Assembly (NCBI GenBank): GCA_046582495.1
Contig: JAYGEG010000099.1
Span: 1,858 to 65,857, forward strand
Direction of reading: 5' to 3'
DNA length: 64,000 nucleotides
From: Rhodospirillales bacterium
GTDB lineage: Bacteria > Pseudomonadota > Alphaproteobacteria > Rhodospirillales > UBA2165
Below the pieces are notes generated by a model, which saw nothing but the letters and a program-made list of their open reading frames with translations, did no database searches and had not been told where the DNA came from. Shown here piece by piece: positions 15,061 through 26,762 of this stretch (the stretch's first letter is position 1; the number at the start of each line of letters is the position of its first letter). Both the position numbers and the translations under genes were made by a program.

Positions 15061-16223
15061 ATGAGGCGACCTCCCATGTCTTTGCCGCCAAGATCACGCC
15101 ACGCATTTTCCTGACCGGGTCGCTCGCGAGTGAGCGCTAAGACCATGCCAAGACCAATAGCCAGAGCCAGCATTGAAGAGCCGCCATAGGATATAAACGG
15201 CAACGTCATGCCCTTGGTTGGCATGAGGTTCAGCGTCGATGCCATATTGATGATGGCTTGTAGGCCAAACTGAACAAGCAATCCAGCGATAGCGAGTTGG
15301 ACAAAAAGATCGGTCTCCTTGAAGGCGCGGGCAAATCCTCGGAGCACAACGAACAAAAACAAGCCGACAATCAACAGTGTCATCACCAGGCCAAACTCTT
15401 CTCCGGCGACAGCAAAAATAAAATCAGCATGAGCATCCGGCAGCACTTCTTTGACGTGGCCTTCACCGGGACCGCGTCCGAAAACGCCGCCGTTTCTAAA
15501 AGCTTCAAGAGAGCGCGCAACTTGATAGGCCTCACTGCCCGCAGGATCAAAAAAGCGATCAATGCGATTTTGGACATGCTCAAAATTAAAGTAGGCCGCA
15601 AATCCACCTGATATAAATATAACGCCGATGGCCAGAACCAAGAACATCGGCAAGCCAGCTAAAAAGAACTGCACGCCCCAGACAACACTCACCAATATCG
15701 CCATGCCGACATCCGGCTGCATCAACAGCAGCGCAACGACAGCCAGGTACAAACCAACAGCCACCATATAGCCTGGAAAATCTTCCTTGAGCCGCCAGGC
15801 TGCAAACATCCAGGCAGCGATAATGGCAAAACTCGGCTTCACAAATTCAGAGGGTTGAATGGAAAGGCCCCACACTGTCACCCACCGGGTCGCACCTTTT
15901 ATTTCTGTGCCATTTAAAAATGTGTAGATTATCAAAAGGATAGAAAGGCCAAAACAAATAACCGCTAATTGTCGGACGCCGCGACGGTTTAAAAGCGACA
16001 CTGCAAACATTACGATCAGCGCGATCGGCAAGACGATAAATTGTCGGCGGGCAAAAAAGAAGGTGTCCAAACCAATGCGTTCGGCTACAGCTGGGCTCGC
16101 GGCGAGGGCCAATATCGCGCCGCATGCAGAAATCGCGATAATCGCTGCTATCATCCAGCGGTCCACCGTCCACCACCAGCGACCAAAGAGACTTTCATCG
16201 GTACGAGAATAAGTCGTATTCAT
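15057..16223 (-). CDS. ftsW: SEDS peptidoglycan polymerase FtsW
   Basis: Multi-TM, IQPSEFVKP, LPDAHADFIF, GMTLPFISYGGSS. Confidence 0.97.
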   Translation of the reverse strand: MNTTYSRTDESLFGRWWWTVDRWMIAAIIAISACGAILALAASPAVAERIGLDTFFFARRQFIVLPIALIVMFAVSLLNRRGVRQLAVICFGLSILLIIYTFLNGTEIKGATRWVTVWGLSIQPSEFVKPSFAIIAAWMFAAWRLKEDFPGYMVAVGLYLAVVALLLMQPDVGMAILVSVVWGVQFFLAGLPMFLVLAIGVIFISGGFAAYFNFEHVQNRIDRFFDPAGSEAYQVARSLEAFRNGGVFGRGPGEGHVKEVLPDAHADFIFAVAGEEFGLVMTLLIVGLFLFVVLRGFARAFKETDLFVQLAIAGLLVQFGLQAIINMASTLNLMPTKGMTLPFISYGGSSMLALAIGLGMVLALTRERPGQENAWRDLGGKDMGGRLI

Positions 16224-17608
16224 GCCGCCCCTTCCATTTTATTTACGAGATCCCGGAAGGCATCACCCCGTACTTCAAAATTTTCAAATTGATCAAAAGA
16301 TGCGCAGGCCGGTGACAGTAATACCGCACCGCCGCCTTCCTGGGCTGCCTGATGGGCTGCCTGTACAGCGACCTCTAGGTCTCCGCATTGACTTGTTGGT
16401 GCAGCCGAACCTATCAAGCTCGCCAAATCTTTTTGCGCTTCACCAATGAGATAGGCGTGTTTAACATTGCCGAGGAATTCTTTGATGGCACCTAAGTTTT
16501 CTTCCTTAAACTGCCCACCGGCGATCCAATGAATGCTGTCATAACAGGCTAGCGCTTTAGCAGCGGCTTCTGTATTGGTTGCCTTGCTGTCATTAATATA
16601 GGTGACGCCGCCAATTTCCTGGATCAGCTCCTGGCGGTGCGCAAGTCCGGTGAAGGTTTTAAGGGCCGCCGCAATTTGCTCAGGATCAATATCAGCTGCC
16701 CGCGCTGCTGCATAGGCCGCGGCGGCATTTTGCCAATTGTGTTGACCCGGCAATGTCGGCACCTCTCGCATATCCTGTATTGAAGACTGCTTATTTTCGA
16801 GATCGTCAGTCAAAATTCCGTTCTCGACATAGACACCGCCCGGCGTCCGAGCAGAACCGGAAATCGGCACGATGCCTTTACCGCCGCGATCAATCATCAG
16901 TTCCATACACATGCCACGGCAATTAGCGTCTTCCATGCCGATGATCGCCATGGAGTTAGCCGGACCGCCGTCTTTAGTGCGCTCAAATAAAATACGCTTT
17001 GCCGCAACGTAGCCATCCATACCGCCGTGGCGATCCAGATGATCGGGTGAGATATTGAGCAATATGGCAACGTCCAATCTCACTGAAGGAATACGCTCCA
17101 ACTGATAGGAAGAGAGCTCCAGCACATAGGTGCCATTATTATCCAAGGGTGATAAATCCAACGCCGGAATGCCGTAATTGCCGCCGACTTCCACAGGCCG
17201 CGCCGCCGCCTGCAAAATGTGCCCAATCAGTGCCGTCGTTGTCGACTTACCATTTGTGCCAGTGATGCCGACAAATTTTGCGTCTTCGATTTGACGCGCC
17301 AATAAATCGACATCGCAGATAATCTCACATCCTGCATCTCGGGCGAGTTGCGCAATTTTGTGAGGTTCCGGAAATTGATCAGGAATGCCGGGGCTCAGCA
17401 CCAAGGTATCCAGCTTTGACCAATCGCTTTGATAAAGGTCGGTCAGCTTTACCCCTTCCGCAATCGCTTCATCGCGTTTTGCCTCGGTATCGTCCCATGC
17501 CCACACATCCGCACCTCCTGCCGCCAGCGCACGCACGGCAGATAGGCCGGAACGACCCAGCCCCAGAACGCCAATTGGCTTATCAGCAAAGGAGGTGACG
17601 TTGATCAT
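16220..17608 (-). CDS. murD: UDP-MurNAc-L-Ala--D-Glu ligase (start MINV at 17608; ORF track 17674)
   Basis: GLGRSG, LSPGIP, GTNGKSTTT, NDSKATN, LLSPACASFDQF. Confidence 0.97.
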   Translation of the reverse strand: MINVTSFADKPIGVLGLGRSGLSAVRALAAGGADVWAWDDTEAKRDEAIAEGVKLTDLYQSDWSKLDTLVLSPGIPDQFPEPHKIAQLARDAGCEIICDVDLLARQIEDAKFVGITGTNGKSTTTALIGHILQAAARPVEVGGNYGIPALDLSPLDNNGTYVLELSSYQLERIPSVRLDVAILLNISPDHLDRHGGMDGYVAAKRILFERTKDGGPANSMAIIGMEDANCRGMCMELMIDRGGKGIVPISGSARTPGGVYVENGILTDDLENKQSSIQDMREVPTLPGQHNWQNAAAAYAAARAADIDPEQIAAALKTFTGLAHRQELIQEIGGVTYINDSKATNTEAAAKALACYDSIHWIAGGQFKEENLGAIKEFLGNVKHAYLIGEAQKDLASLIGSAAPTSQCGDLEVAVQAAHQAAQEGGGAVLLSPACASFDQFENFEVRGDAFRDLVNKMEGAA

Positions 17609-17616
17609 GTATTTCT

Positions 17617-18705
17617 CTACCTCAACTTCAATGTCGCGAGCCCGGCAATCGCCAAGATCACGGCAATGATCCAAAAACGGATAACGATGGTCGGCTCAGC
17701 CCAACCTTTTTTCTCAAAATGATGATGCAGCGGCGCCATTGCAAAAACGCGTTTGCCGGTCAACTTGAACGAAACAACCTGAACAATCACCGAGACAGTT
17801 TCCAAAACAAACAAGCCGCCGACGATGGCGAGCACCAATTCATGCTTGGTGATTACCGCGACGGAGCCGAGCGCCCCGCCCATTGCGAGGGAGCCGGTAT
17901 CGCCCATAAAAACCATCGCAGGCGGCGCATTGTACCAAAGGAACCCAAGCCCGGCACCGATCAAAGCGCCACAGAAAATTGCCAGCTCTCCCGCGCCCGG
18001 CACGTAATTCAATTGCAGGTAACTGGAAAACACAGAGTTACCCACAATATAAGCGATTAGCGCAAATACAGCGGCGGCAATCATCACTGGGCCAATCGCC
18101 AGGCCATCCAAACCATCGGTCAGATTAACCGCATTGGAAGAGCCGACAATAACCAGACAGGAGAAGGCGACAAAGAACCATCCTAGATCAATCAACACAG
18201 TTTTAAAGAATGGGATAGAAAGCGACGTCGCGAGCGGATAGCGCGTCAGGCTCATAATATAAAGCGTCGCCGCAATGGCGATGAAAATTTGCAGCAAAAA
18301 TTTCAACTTGCCGGGAAGCCCTTTGGAGTTTTGCCGGGTAACTTTAATGTAGTCGTCGATAAAGCCAATCATGCCATAGCCAACCGTCACGCCGAGTGCA
18401 GCCCAGATATAACCATTGCGCAAATCGGCCCACAGCAATGTTGAAACCACCAAAGCTAACAAAATCATAAAGCCGCCCATCGTTGGCGTTCCAACCTTGG
18501 TGAGCAAATGGCCTTCGGGTCCGTCATCCCGAATGGGCTGACCTTTCTTTTGATGCACTTTGAGCCATTTGATAATGATCGGCCCGCATATAAAGCTCAC
18601 AATCAAAGCCGTCACCATAGCGCCGCCGGTGCGAAACGTGATGTATCGGAACAGATTTAAAAACGCCAATTGATCAGCGTATTGCGCCAAGGTGTTAAAC
18701 AGCAT
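17617..18705 (-). CDS. mraY: Phospho-MurNAc-pentapeptide translocase
   Basis: [36 protein letters not shown]. Confidence 0.98.
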   Translation of the reverse strand: MLFNTLAQYADQLAFLNLFRYITFRTGGAMVTALIVSFICGPIIIKWLKVHQKKGQPIRDDGPEGHLLTKVGTPTMGGFMILLALVVSTLLWADLRNGYIWAALGVTVGYGMIGFIDDYIKVTRQNSKGLPGKLKFLLQIFIAIAATLYIMSLTRYPLATSLSIPFFKTVLIDLGWFFVAFSCLVIVGSSNAVNLTDGLDGLAIGPVMIAAAVFALIAYIVGNSVFSSYLQLNYVPGAGELAIFCGALIGAGLGFLWYNAPPAMVFMGDTGSLAMGGALGSVAVITKHELVLAIVGGLFVLETVSVIVQVVSFKLTGKRVFAMAPLHHHFEKKGWAEPTIVIRFWIIAVILAIAGLATLKLR

Positions 18706-20122
18706 TATGGGGCTCCTTATTATTTATAAGAGCATCAACGATTTTGCCCATTTGTGATCCCGCCGAGCCTTTAACCAAAACAGCATCGCCGGGCTTGATT
18801 TCACCCAATAGCGGCTGAATGAGATCTTCAGAATCTGAACTGTGTATGACGCTGATGCTTTCAGTCAGAGCTGCGCACATATGGCTCATTTCAGGACCGG
18901 CGGCGAATACCAATTCAACGCCGGCGGTAGCGATGTTTTTTGCCAAGCCGCGATGGAGTTCTTTTGATTGCGCGCCGAGTTCACGCATATCACCTAAGGC
19001 AGCAATACGCCGGCCTGAAGGCCCCAACTCTATTTGAGCCAGGACCTCCAGTGCCGCCGCGATCGAAACTGGACTGGCGTTATAGCTGTCGTCAATCAGC
19101 TCATAGTCGCCGTCCTTAATTGGAAGTGTGTGCCGAGCGCCGCGTCCTTTGGCAGGTTTGATCTCAGCAAATGCTGTCGCCGCGGCAAATACATCTGCGC
19201 CAACCGCATGCACTGCGGCCAAAACAGCCAAACTATTCTGTACCCAATGCTGTCCTGGCATCGAAAGCCGATAGGTAATGGTATTTCCCTCGAAAGAGGC
19301 CTCAACTTTTGAGCCGTCTGGTCCAAGCTCAGAATCAACGAGTTTAAAATCGGCGTCTTCATGCGATCCAAAGCCAATGATTTTACCAGCGCCCGCGGCC
19401 TCTGCTGCTTTCGCCAGCAATTCATAATAGCCATTGTCCCGATTGAGGATTGCGGTGCCGCCTTTTTCAAGACCTTGGAAAATTTCCGCCTTAGCGCGCG
19501 CAATGTCATCTACTGAGGAAAAGAACTCGATATGGGCGGGCTCAACCGTCGTTACAATTGCAACGATGGGCCGCACCATTTGGGACAGCGGTATCAGTTC
19601 GCCAGCATGGTTCATACCAAGTTCGAACACCGCGAATTCAGCATTTTGTGGAAGCCGCGCGAGAGATAACGGCACGCCAAAGTGATTGTTGAAACTACCG
19701 CGGCTATAAGACGTTGCGCCTTGGCCCGAGAGCAATTGACCGAGCGCTTCCTTGACGCCGGTTTTACCGACACTACCGGTGACGGCAATGACTTTGGCTT
19801 GGCAACGATCTCGGCCGGCGCGCCCAAGCATATTCAAGGCTTCAAATGTGTCTTCAACCTCCAGCAAAGCCGCGTCTTTTCCCAAGTTTTCAACCGCATG
19901 AGAAATCATTGCGGCCGAGGCACCATTTTGCAGCGCGCTTCCGACATAGTCGTGGCCATCAAAATTCGGCCCAGAAATGGCTAGAAATAGATCGCCAGGT
20001 TCGGCAGTCCGGCTGTCAATTGAAACGCCAGTGGCACTCCAATCGACAGTCGAGCTACCGTTAGTGGCCTGTACCGCTTCTGCGGATTTCCATAAAATTT
20101 CCTTTGCCTGAAGGTCGGTCAT
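18695..20122 (-). CDS. murF: UDP-MurNAc-tripeptide--D-Ala-D-Ala ligase
   Basis: [40 protein letters not shown]. Confidence 0.97.
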   Translation of the reverse strand: MTDLQAKEILWKSAEAVQATNGSSTVDWSATGVSIDSRTAEPGDLFLAISGPNFDGHDYVGSALQNGASAAMISHAVENLGKDAALLEVEDTFEALNMLGRAGRDRCQAKVIAVTGSVGKTGVKEALGQLLSGQGATSYSRGSFNNHFGVPLSLARLPQNAEFAVFELGMNHAGELIPLSQMVRPIVAIVTTVEPAHIEFFSSVDDIARAKAEIFQGLEKGGTAILNRDNGYYELLAKAAEAAGAGKIIGFGSHEDADFKLVDSELGPDGSKVEASFEGNTITYRLSMPGQHWVQNSLAVLAAVHAVGADVFAAATAFAEIKPAKGRGARHTLPIKDGDYELIDDSYNASPVSIAAALEVLAQIELGPSGRRIAALGDMRELGAQSKELHRGLAKNIATAGVELVFAAGPEMSHMCAALTESISVIHSSDSEDLIQPLLGEIKPGDAVLVKGSAGSQMGKIVDALINNKEPHNAV

Positions 20123-21603
20123 GACCCACCTCCTTTAGCGGCCTTTCGGGCGATCTCGGCATCATCGAAGGGCAACACATCATTCCCAACAATCTGGCCC
20201 TGCTCATGGCCTTTACCGGCGAGAACCAAAAGATCACCTTCGATAAGACCTGCCACCGCTGTAAAGATCGCTTCCTTGCGGTCGCCAATTTCTGTAGCTC
20301 CCGGACAGGCTGCCAGTATTTGCGCGCGAATAGGGGCGGCATCTTCGAACCTTGGATTGTCGTCGGTTACGATCACTTCATCAGCGAGGCGGGCTGCAAT
20401 CTCACCCATCTCCGGGCGTTTACCTTGATCACGGTCACCGCCGCAGCCAAACACAACTTTCAATTTTTGGCGGGTATGGGGACGGAGCGCTGTGAGCACG
20501 TGCTCGAGCGCGTCGGGCGTGTGGGCATAATCTACATATATGCCGGCGCCATTTGCGTGACGCGCCGCCAATTCTATTCGACCACGAACGCCCTCGAGAC
20601 TTTCAAGCGCCGCAATTGCTTTGGCCTGATCACCGCCACCCGCCAATACAATACCCAACGCGCACAATGCATTCATGGCTTGGAAATCCCCTATCAGCGG
20701 CAACGTAAGATCAACGTCTTGACCGAGCACGTTCAGGGAAAGCCGCTGACCATCGGCGAGCGCTTCTGCGTTTCTTAAATTAATGTCTTTGGCATTCCGG
20801 CCATAACTGAGTGTTGTTATCCCGCGTCTTTGAAGTGCGCCAGTAAGGTCCTTGTAGGTTTCATCATCAGCATTGATGACCGCCGAACCACCCGCATCCA
20901 ATACCTCGGTGAATAGTCGGAGCTTGGCACCAAAGTAGTCTTCCATGGTTTCGTGGTAATCGAGATGATCCCGACTGAGATTGGTGAACGCGGCAACACT
21001 CAAATTAACGCCATCAAGTCTATACTGATCGAGCCCGTGGCTGGACGCCTCAACGGCGACGTGATGGACACCGTCCTCGGCAAGCGCCGTTAAAGTTTTG
21101 TGCAAATCTGCGGGATCAGGCGTCGTTAAATTTCCGCTCTCAGATTTATCGGACGTGACCAAGCCGAGCGTGCCAAAACTTGCAGATTTAAGGTCACACA
21201 TTTGCCACAGCTGGCGGGAAAATTCTACCGCCGATGATTTACCATTGGTGCCGGTTACAGCTGCAATATTGTCAGGTTGAGGTTGATAGAAACGTCCGAC
21301 CATCTTGGCGTAGCGTTGTCGCGGGTTGCGATCAGGGACAAAGCTGACTTCTGGATCAACTGAATCTATAGGCGTGCCTAAGGGTGCCAAGACAGCTACA
21401 GCGCCGCGCAAAATCGCGTCTGCAATAAAATCACGGCCATCACTATTGCTGCCCGGTAAAGCGGCGAACAAAAAACCCTCTTCGACGCTACGCGAATCCG
21501 CCGTTATTCCTGTAATGTCAGAATCTACAAAATCTTTACCCGACATACTCTTCCATTCATATCCCACCAATAATTCTGCTAATCGCAACGGGAGTTCTCC
21601 CAA
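20119..21603 (-). CDS. murE: UDP-MurNAc-dipeptide--meso-DAP ligase
   Basis: TGTNGKSS, EASSHGLDQ, DYAHTPDAL, DDNPR (DAP-specific motif), GKGHE. Confidence 0.97.
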   Translation of the reverse strand: MGELPLRLAELLVGYEWKSMSGKDFVDSDITGITADSRSVEEGFLFAALPGSNSDGRDFIADAILRGAVAVLAPLGTPIDSVDPEVSFVPDRNPRQRYAKMVGRFYQPQPDNIAAVTGTNGKSSAVEFSRQLWQMCDLKSASFGTLGLVTSDKSESGNLTTPDPADLHKTLTALAEDGVHHVAVEASSHGLDQYRLDGVNLSVAAFTNLSRDHLDYHETMEDYFGAKLRLFTEVLDAGGSAVINADDETYKDLTGALQRRGITTLSYGRNAKDINLRNAEALADGQRLSLNVLGQDVDLTLPLIGDFQAMNALCALGIVLAGGGDQAKAIAALESLEGVRGRIELAARHANGAGIYVDYAHTPDALEHVLTALRPHTRQKLKVVFGCGGDRDQGKRPEMGEIAARLADEVIVTDDNPRFEDAAPIRAQILAACPGATEIGDRKEAIFTAVAGLIEGDLLVLAGKGHEQGQIVGNDVLPFDDAEIARKAAKGGGS

Positions 21604-21618
21604 AATATATTCATCGCG

Positions 21619-23379
21619 TTAGCGTTTTGTCGCCTTGGCCGCGATGAATAAATCATCGCCCGGCTTCGGCACTTTCTCTGTTTGCTTCGATGGTACGAGT
21701 CCCAAAATGGGTGCCATCCGTTTCACCACACGGGCAACAATCGGAGCGGCCACCCAACCGCCTGTTGCGTATCCACGCGTGCGTTGTGTTCCTTTCGGCT
21801 CGTCGATCAAAGCCAGTATGACGTAGCGCGGCTTGTTCATTGGGAAGGCCGCGACAAAGGATGAAATCACCCGGCGACCGCTATAACCGTCGCGCGGACC
21901 TGGCTTATCCGCGGTCCCAGTTTTCCCGCCGATTAGATAGCCCGGCACGTCAGCGTTTCGCCCGGTTCCATTCCGCACCACCAAACGCATGAGCCCCCTC
22001 ATTTTTCGAGATGTCGCTTTTGACAACACGCGCGAGCCGACGATTTCCTTGCCGCGCGGTATTTTGATCATTCTCGGATTGTACAAAACGCCGCCATTGA
22101 CCAAGGCAGCGACTCCGGCTGCCAATTGAAGCGGGCTGATGGCAATGCCATGGCCATAAGAAATCGTCATGGTGTTGATCTCGCGCCAATGATCGGGCGT
22201 CAGAGGGGAGCCGATTTCCGGCAGCTCTATGCGGGCCGGCGTTAATAGGCCAAACCGCTTGAGATATTTTTTCTGGCCCGCGGTGCCAACCTCAAGTGCC
22301 ATTTTTGCAGCACCGATATTGGAGGAATAAACAATGATTTCCGGCACCGTTAGCCAACGATTTTTGCCGTGGTAGTCGGAAATCTTGAAACGGGAAATTT
22401 TTATCGGCTTGGTCGCATCAAATCGATCACGCAAGCGGGTCACGCCGGAATCCAAGGCCATCGCGGCGGTAAACAATTTAAAAGTCGAGCCCATCTCATA
22501 AACGCCCTTGGTCGCCCGATTGAAACCGGCAATTCCTGCAGCCGTCACCGGCTTGTTCGGATTAAAGTCTGGCAGAGAGACCATGGCGCGCACTTCACCG
22601 TTGGTAACATCCATCACAATTCCGGCAGCACCAATCGCCCGAAACTCTGCCATCGATTTGAGCAACTCTTCCCGCAGCACTGATTGCACCCGAATATCAA
22701 GAGACAGTGAGAGCGGCTCATCGGTACCGCGAAGAGATTTATCGAAATAGCCTTCAATGCCGGATAATCCTCGGCCATCAATGTTGGTTAACCCCAAAGC
22801 ATGAGCAACCATCCTGCCGTGCGGATATACGCGGCGCTCGGTGCGTTGAAAGTAGAGGCCTGGAATTCCCAACGCATTGACCGCGAATTGGGTTTTTGGC
22901 GTGAGATTGCGATGCAGCCAAACAAAAGTTTTGTCGGATGCCAGTTTCGCTTGAATTTTTTTCTTTTCAAAGCTCGGGAAAACGCGCGCCAATTTTCTGG
23001 CAGCTTCTTTGGGATCAAGAACATGGCGCGGATTGGCGTAGAGCGAGGCAGTTGGCAAACTTGAAGCAAGCAAGATACCGTTCCGGTCGGTAATGTCGGC
23101 GCGCACTTTTCGTAATTTCAAGGTCGCTGCGATGCGTGCGCCTCGGGTTTCCTCACCCGCTTGATCGACCACCGCCAATTCTACGAGCCGGCCGGCAATA
23201 ACGGCAAAAGCGAGCATAAACAAAGCGCCCGTCACCAGTAAGCGATTGCGACCGGTCTCCAGAGCATGACGGCGAATGCCTTCAAACTTGATGTGGGTGG
23301 GGATTTCAGAAGCTGTCTCCGATGCCGATACATTTGTGTCGGCGGGACTAAAGGGATGACGGAGACGTTCGAAGATCAC
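21619..23379 (-). CDS. ftsI: Division transpeptidase PBP3
   Basis: RADITDRNG, catalytic GSTFK, SSN and KTGT motifs. Confidence 0.96.
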   Translation of the reverse strand: MIFERLRHPFSPADTNVSASETASEIPTHIKFEGIRRHALETGRNRLLVTGALFMLAFAVIAGRLVELAVVDQAGEETRGARIAATLKLRKVRADITDRNGILLASSLPTASLYANPRHVLDPKEAARKLARVFPSFEKKKIQAKLASDKTFVWLHRNLTPKTQFAVNALGIPGLYFQRTERRVYPHGRMVAHALGLTNIDGRGLSGIEGYFDKSLRGTDEPLSLSLDIRVQSVLREELLKSMAEFRAIGAAGIVMDVTNGEVRAMVSLPDFNPNKPVTAAGIAGFNRATKGVYEMGSTFKLFTAAMALDSGVTRLRDRFDATKPIKISRFKISDYHGKNRWLTVPEIIVYSSNIGAAKMALEVGTAGQKKYLKRFGLLTPARIELPEIGSPLTPDHWREINTMTISYGHGIAISPLQLAAGVAALVNGGVLYNPRMIKIPRGKEIVGSRVLSKATSRKMRGLMRLVVRNGTGRNADVPGYLIGGKTGTADKPGPRDGYSGRRVISSFVAAFPMNKPRYVILALIDEPKGTQRTRGYATGGWVAAPIVARVVKRMAPILGLVPSKQTEKVPKPGDDLFIAAKATKR

Positions 23380-23729
23380 CGGCGTGCCCCCCTTCCGGAC
23401 GGTCTAACCGAAATTTTATCAGCAGAAATAGCCTGCTCATCACCATCGGGGGCAGCTAAAGCTTTGCTTAAATCTTCTGGAGATTTAATTTGAGTGGGCT
23501 CGGTTGGCTTCATATTGAGATAGCGCGATGCCAAGTCTTTAATTCGTGCGACGTCGTTCAAGTGGCTCCATTCCGCTTTGAGAACATGGATGCCTTCTTG
23601 ATCGGCAACAATCGCACGGTTGAGAACGTCAAGCTCCTGTTCCAGATCGGTGACCTCATATTTCAAATAAAATAACGCAACGCTCATTATGGCTGCGAGT
23701 AGAAGCGTGAGTATCGTCGTTTGTCGCAT
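23376..23729 (-). CDS. ftsL: Cell division protein FtsL
   Basis: TM plus coiled coil, IHVLKAEWSHLN; between rsmH and ftsI. Confidence 0.9.
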   Translation of the reverse strand: MRQTTILTLLLAAIMSVALFYLKYEVTDLEQELDVLNRAIVADQEGIHVLKAEWSHLNDVARIKDLASRYLNMKPTEPTQIKSPEDLSKALAAPDGDEQAISADKISVRPSGRGARR

Positions 23730-23743
23730 GCTCCTCTTCTCCT

Positions 23744-24703
23744 CTATATACCTGAATTATTTGACCAAGCTGATGCATCATTGCGCTCAGCGACTCGTAA
23801 CCGGGCAGACCGCGCCCGTGGATTTTGCGAAGCTTCATCCTTCCCCGGTTTGATTGCGCCGCGTTTCAATAAACTGAAACTCGGGATCGGCGCTGCATCG
23901 GGCAATTCAGGTAGGTGGCGGGAACCACGCCCAGTTGCTCCACTATGCTCATGGAGGAAGGATTTCACTTTGCGATCTTCCAGGGAGTGGAAGGAAACAA
24001 CGGCCAGACGGCCGCCGGGAGCCAATATTTGTTCAGCCCCTATCAAGCCACGTTCAAGCTCACCGAGCTCGTCATTGACCTGAATTCGAAGCGCCATAAA
24101 AGTCCGGGTTGCGGGATTAATTCCATCCTTTGAACGACGCACAATGCGATGAATAATCTCGACCAGGTGAGAGGTGGTCAAAATTGGGTTGTCTTCGCGG
24201 GTTTCAACAATAGCGCGGGCAATGCGGCGGGCATAGCGCTCCTCGCCATAGTGATAAATGACATCGGCAATTTCTTCTTCCGGCGCTTGATTAACAAAAT
24301 CGGCGGCCGTAGGTCCTTCATCTGCCATGCGCATATCGAGCGGACCATCGAAGCGGAATGAAAATCCACGTACCGGATCGTCAATCTGCGGCGAGGAGAC
24401 ACCAAGGTCGAGCGTCACACCATCGACTTTGGTCACACCCGCATCCGCCATCAGCGAGGCCATATCACCAAAGCAGCCTTCAAGCACAATGAGGCGGCCA
24501 TCATATTTGCTGCTGAGTTCTGCGCCAAAAGTAATCGCCGCAGGATCTCGGTCAATGCCAAAAACCTGCGTTGCGGCTGTCTCTAATATTGCCTGGCTAT
24601 AGCCTCCGCGGCCAAAGGTGCCATCAACATAAATACCGCCATCGCGGGGGGCTAGGCCATCGATCACTTCCTTGATCATCACCGGGATATGATCAGCTGT
24701 CAT
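23744..24703 (-). CDS. rsmH: 16S rRNA m4C1402 methyltransferase
   Basis: HIPVM, DGTFGRGGYS, DLGVSSPQ, DGPLDMRM, SFHSLEDR, NPRARSARLR. Confidence 0.98.
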   Translation of the reverse strand: MTADHIPVMIKEVIDGLAPRDGGIYVDGTFGRGGYSQAILETAATQVFGIDRDPAAITFGAELSSKYDGRLIVLEGCFGDMASLMADAGVTKVDGVTLDLGVSSPQIDDPVRGFSFRFDGPLDMRMADEGPTAADFVNQAPEEEIADVIYHYGEERYARRIARAIVETREDNPILTTSHLVEIIHRIVRRSKDGINPATRTFMALRIQVNDELGELERGLIGAEQILAPGGRLAVVSFHSLEDRKVKSFLHEHSGATGRGSRHLPELPDAAPIPSFSLLKRGAIKPGKDEASQNPRARSARLRVAERNDASAWSNNSGI

Positions 24704-25194
24704 GATGCGCCCTCCGCTTTGGACCCATCGCTGGATCTAAGACGCAAGGTGGCACCCCGCGAACGGGCGCGCTCAAAGGCTTCGGCATTATGGGTTTCAT
24801 AAGCGCCGGCTTCCCAAATCTGAAAGCGTGTTCCGCGACCGACAAAAACAGCCTCAGCGCCGAGGCCGGCATAATCAATCAGCGCTTTCGGCAGCAGAAC
24901 ACGACCTTCGGTGTCATAGGCAAGTTGGTGGGAGTTCTCGAGGATTGTCGTCGCGAGATCGTCCTGTTCATCCGAAAACAATTCCAAGTCGTCCAGGCTA
25001 TCGATGACACGCTGAATAAAAGCCTCACCACAGCCTTCAATGGCGGGAAATTTGAAGGAGCGGTAGACGTAGATGCCAGAGAATTCAGATTTTGCGGAAT
25101 TGGGTACAGAAAGGGCGTCGCGAAACGGCTTGGGAACCGATACACGCCCCTTTTTATCAATCTTATTGATATGCCGGCCGATTAACGCAGCCAT
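24700..25194 (-). CDS. mraZ: Transcriptional repressor MraZ
   Basis: Two DxxGR motifs (IDKKGRVSVP, YDTEGRVLLP), FQIW; first gene of dcw. Confidence 0.95.
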   Translation of the reverse strand: MAALIGRHINKIDKKGRVSVPKPFRDALSVPNSAKSEFSGIYVYRSFKFPAIEGCGEAFIQRVIDSLDDLELFSDEQDDLATTILENSHQLAYDTEGRVLLPKALIDYAGLGAEAVFVGRGTRFQIWEAGAYETHNAEAFERARSRGATLRLRSSDGSKAEGAS

Positions 25195-25314
25195 TTTTTT
25201 CCCGCCTCAACACTAATGACGGCAGACTTTTTCAGCTTTTCATGAGAGGTCCCGACCCCTGTAGAAAATGCAAAGCAACCGTCAATTTAACACCCAAATC
25301 TATGGCACTCCCCA

Positions 25315-25379
25315 TGGGTATATTTGGGATAGCATGGGATTTAATGGGCGTCAATGGGATAACATGCCGGATTATGGGT
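25315..25379. promoter_or_regulatory. Probable MraZ operator: TGGG boxes at 10-bp period
   Basis: TGGG at 25315, 25325, 25335, 25345, 25355 and 25375 (degenerate TGCCG at 25365), upstream of mraZ; same unit and period as the TGGGN-N5 repeats bound by E. coli MraZ. Confidence 0.8.
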
Positions 25380-25547
25380 TAACAAAGCCTTTCCAGGCTC
25401 AATTTTCAGCCTTTGCCGCCCTAAAATTCAGACAGGAATAAACACCCTAATTTCGACCGAAATAAGGTTGAATAATGGTATCCGGGTCACATTTTAAATT
25501 TAACCCGGGGCAATTTATTAAAATGTAAATTTTTAGGAAAAGGGGCG

Positions 25548-26489
25548 TTAAATCGCTTCAGCGAAATAGGCGATGGTTTTCTCAAGGCCTTGTTCCAACT
25601 GGATGGTCGGCTGCCAATCGAGTTTTTCTATTGCCAACGATATATCGGGGCAGCGTTGGAGCGGATCATCCTCCGGCAAAGGCTCGTACACCAACTCGGA
25701 GTTCGCCCCGGTCATTTTGATGACAAGCTCCGCCAATTGTTTGATCGTGAATTCACCCGGATTGCCTAAATTTACCGGCCCGATCATGTCATCGGCGGAA
25801 TCCATCAACCGCACAAAGCCCTCAACCAAATCATCAACATAACAGAAAGATCTGGTCTGACTGCCATCGCCATAAATCGTAATTGGCTCGCCGCGAAGTG
25901 CCTGCACGATAAAGTTTGAAACAACCCGGCCATCGTCCGGCCGCATCCGCGGTCCATAGGTGTTGAATATTCGGGCGACTTTGATTTTCAACTTGTGCTG
26001 ACGATGATAATCGAAAAACAACGTTTCGGCGCAGCGTTTGCCTTCATCGTAGCAAGCGCGCGGGCCAATCGGATTAACATTGCCGCGGTAATCCTCGGTT
26101 TGCGGATGAACGGTGGGATCGCCATATACCTCACTGGTCGAAGATTGAAAAATTTTGGCGCCCGTGCGTTTCGCAAGCCCCAGCATATTGATCGCTCCGT
26201 GGACACTGGTCTTAGTCGTCTGAACCGGATCATATTGATAGTGGATCGGCGAGGCAGGACAAGCGAGGTTATAAATCTCATCGACTTCGACATAGAGTGG
26301 AAATGTCACATCATGTCGCATCAACTCAAAATTTGGGTTTTCCAATAACGGCGCAATATTGTCCTTGGTTCCCGTAAAGTAGTTATCCAGACATATGACA
26401 TCATGGCCTTCGGTGACCAGGCGTTCGCTGAGATGAGAGCCAATAAAACCGGCACCACCGGTAATTAAAATTCGCTTACGGGGAGGCAT
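25548..26489 (-). CDS. UDP-glucuronate decarboxylase (UXS-like SDR)
   Basis: [43 protein letters not shown]. Confidence 0.93.
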   Translation of the reverse strand: MPPRKRILITGGAGFIGSHLSERLVTEGHDVICLDNYFTGTKDNIAPLLENPNFELMRHDVTFPLYVEVDEIYNLACPASPIHYQYDPVQTTKTSVHGAINMLGLAKRTGAKIFQSSTSEVYGDPTVHPQTEDYRGNVNPIGPRACYDEGKRCAETLFFDYHRQHKLKIKVARIFNTYGPRMRPDDGRVVSNFIVQALRGEPITIYGDGSQTRSFCYVDDLVEGFVRLMDSADDMIGPVNLGNPGEFTIKQLAELVIKMTGANSELVYEPLPEDDPLQRCPDISLAIEKLDWQPTIQLEQGLEKTIAYFAEAI

Positions 26490-26762
26490 AAAAACTCCAA
26501 ATCCTTAATTGATTATCCGAGACATATTGGATCAAACATTGTTGTGGACAATATCACTGTAATGCCGCCCCGATAAGAAAATATTCTTAACCTCTATATA
26601 TCGGTTATAGTTAGCCAGCGTAACGTCCAACGGTTTATAGTTGGTTAAGTGTTTTAGGGTATAAATATGCTAATTGGCCAATCTATGCTTTGGGCTTATT
26701 TCTGTAAAAAATACCAGTGAGAAAACGTGTGAAAATTCCTGTGGTGAAATCCCCGGTTAAAA

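Noticed and set aside
25195-25547. rnpB (RNase P RNA), often upstream of mraZ in alphaproteobacteria
   Set aside because: No GAGGAAAGTCC or terminal CGGCTTA conserved segments found on either strand
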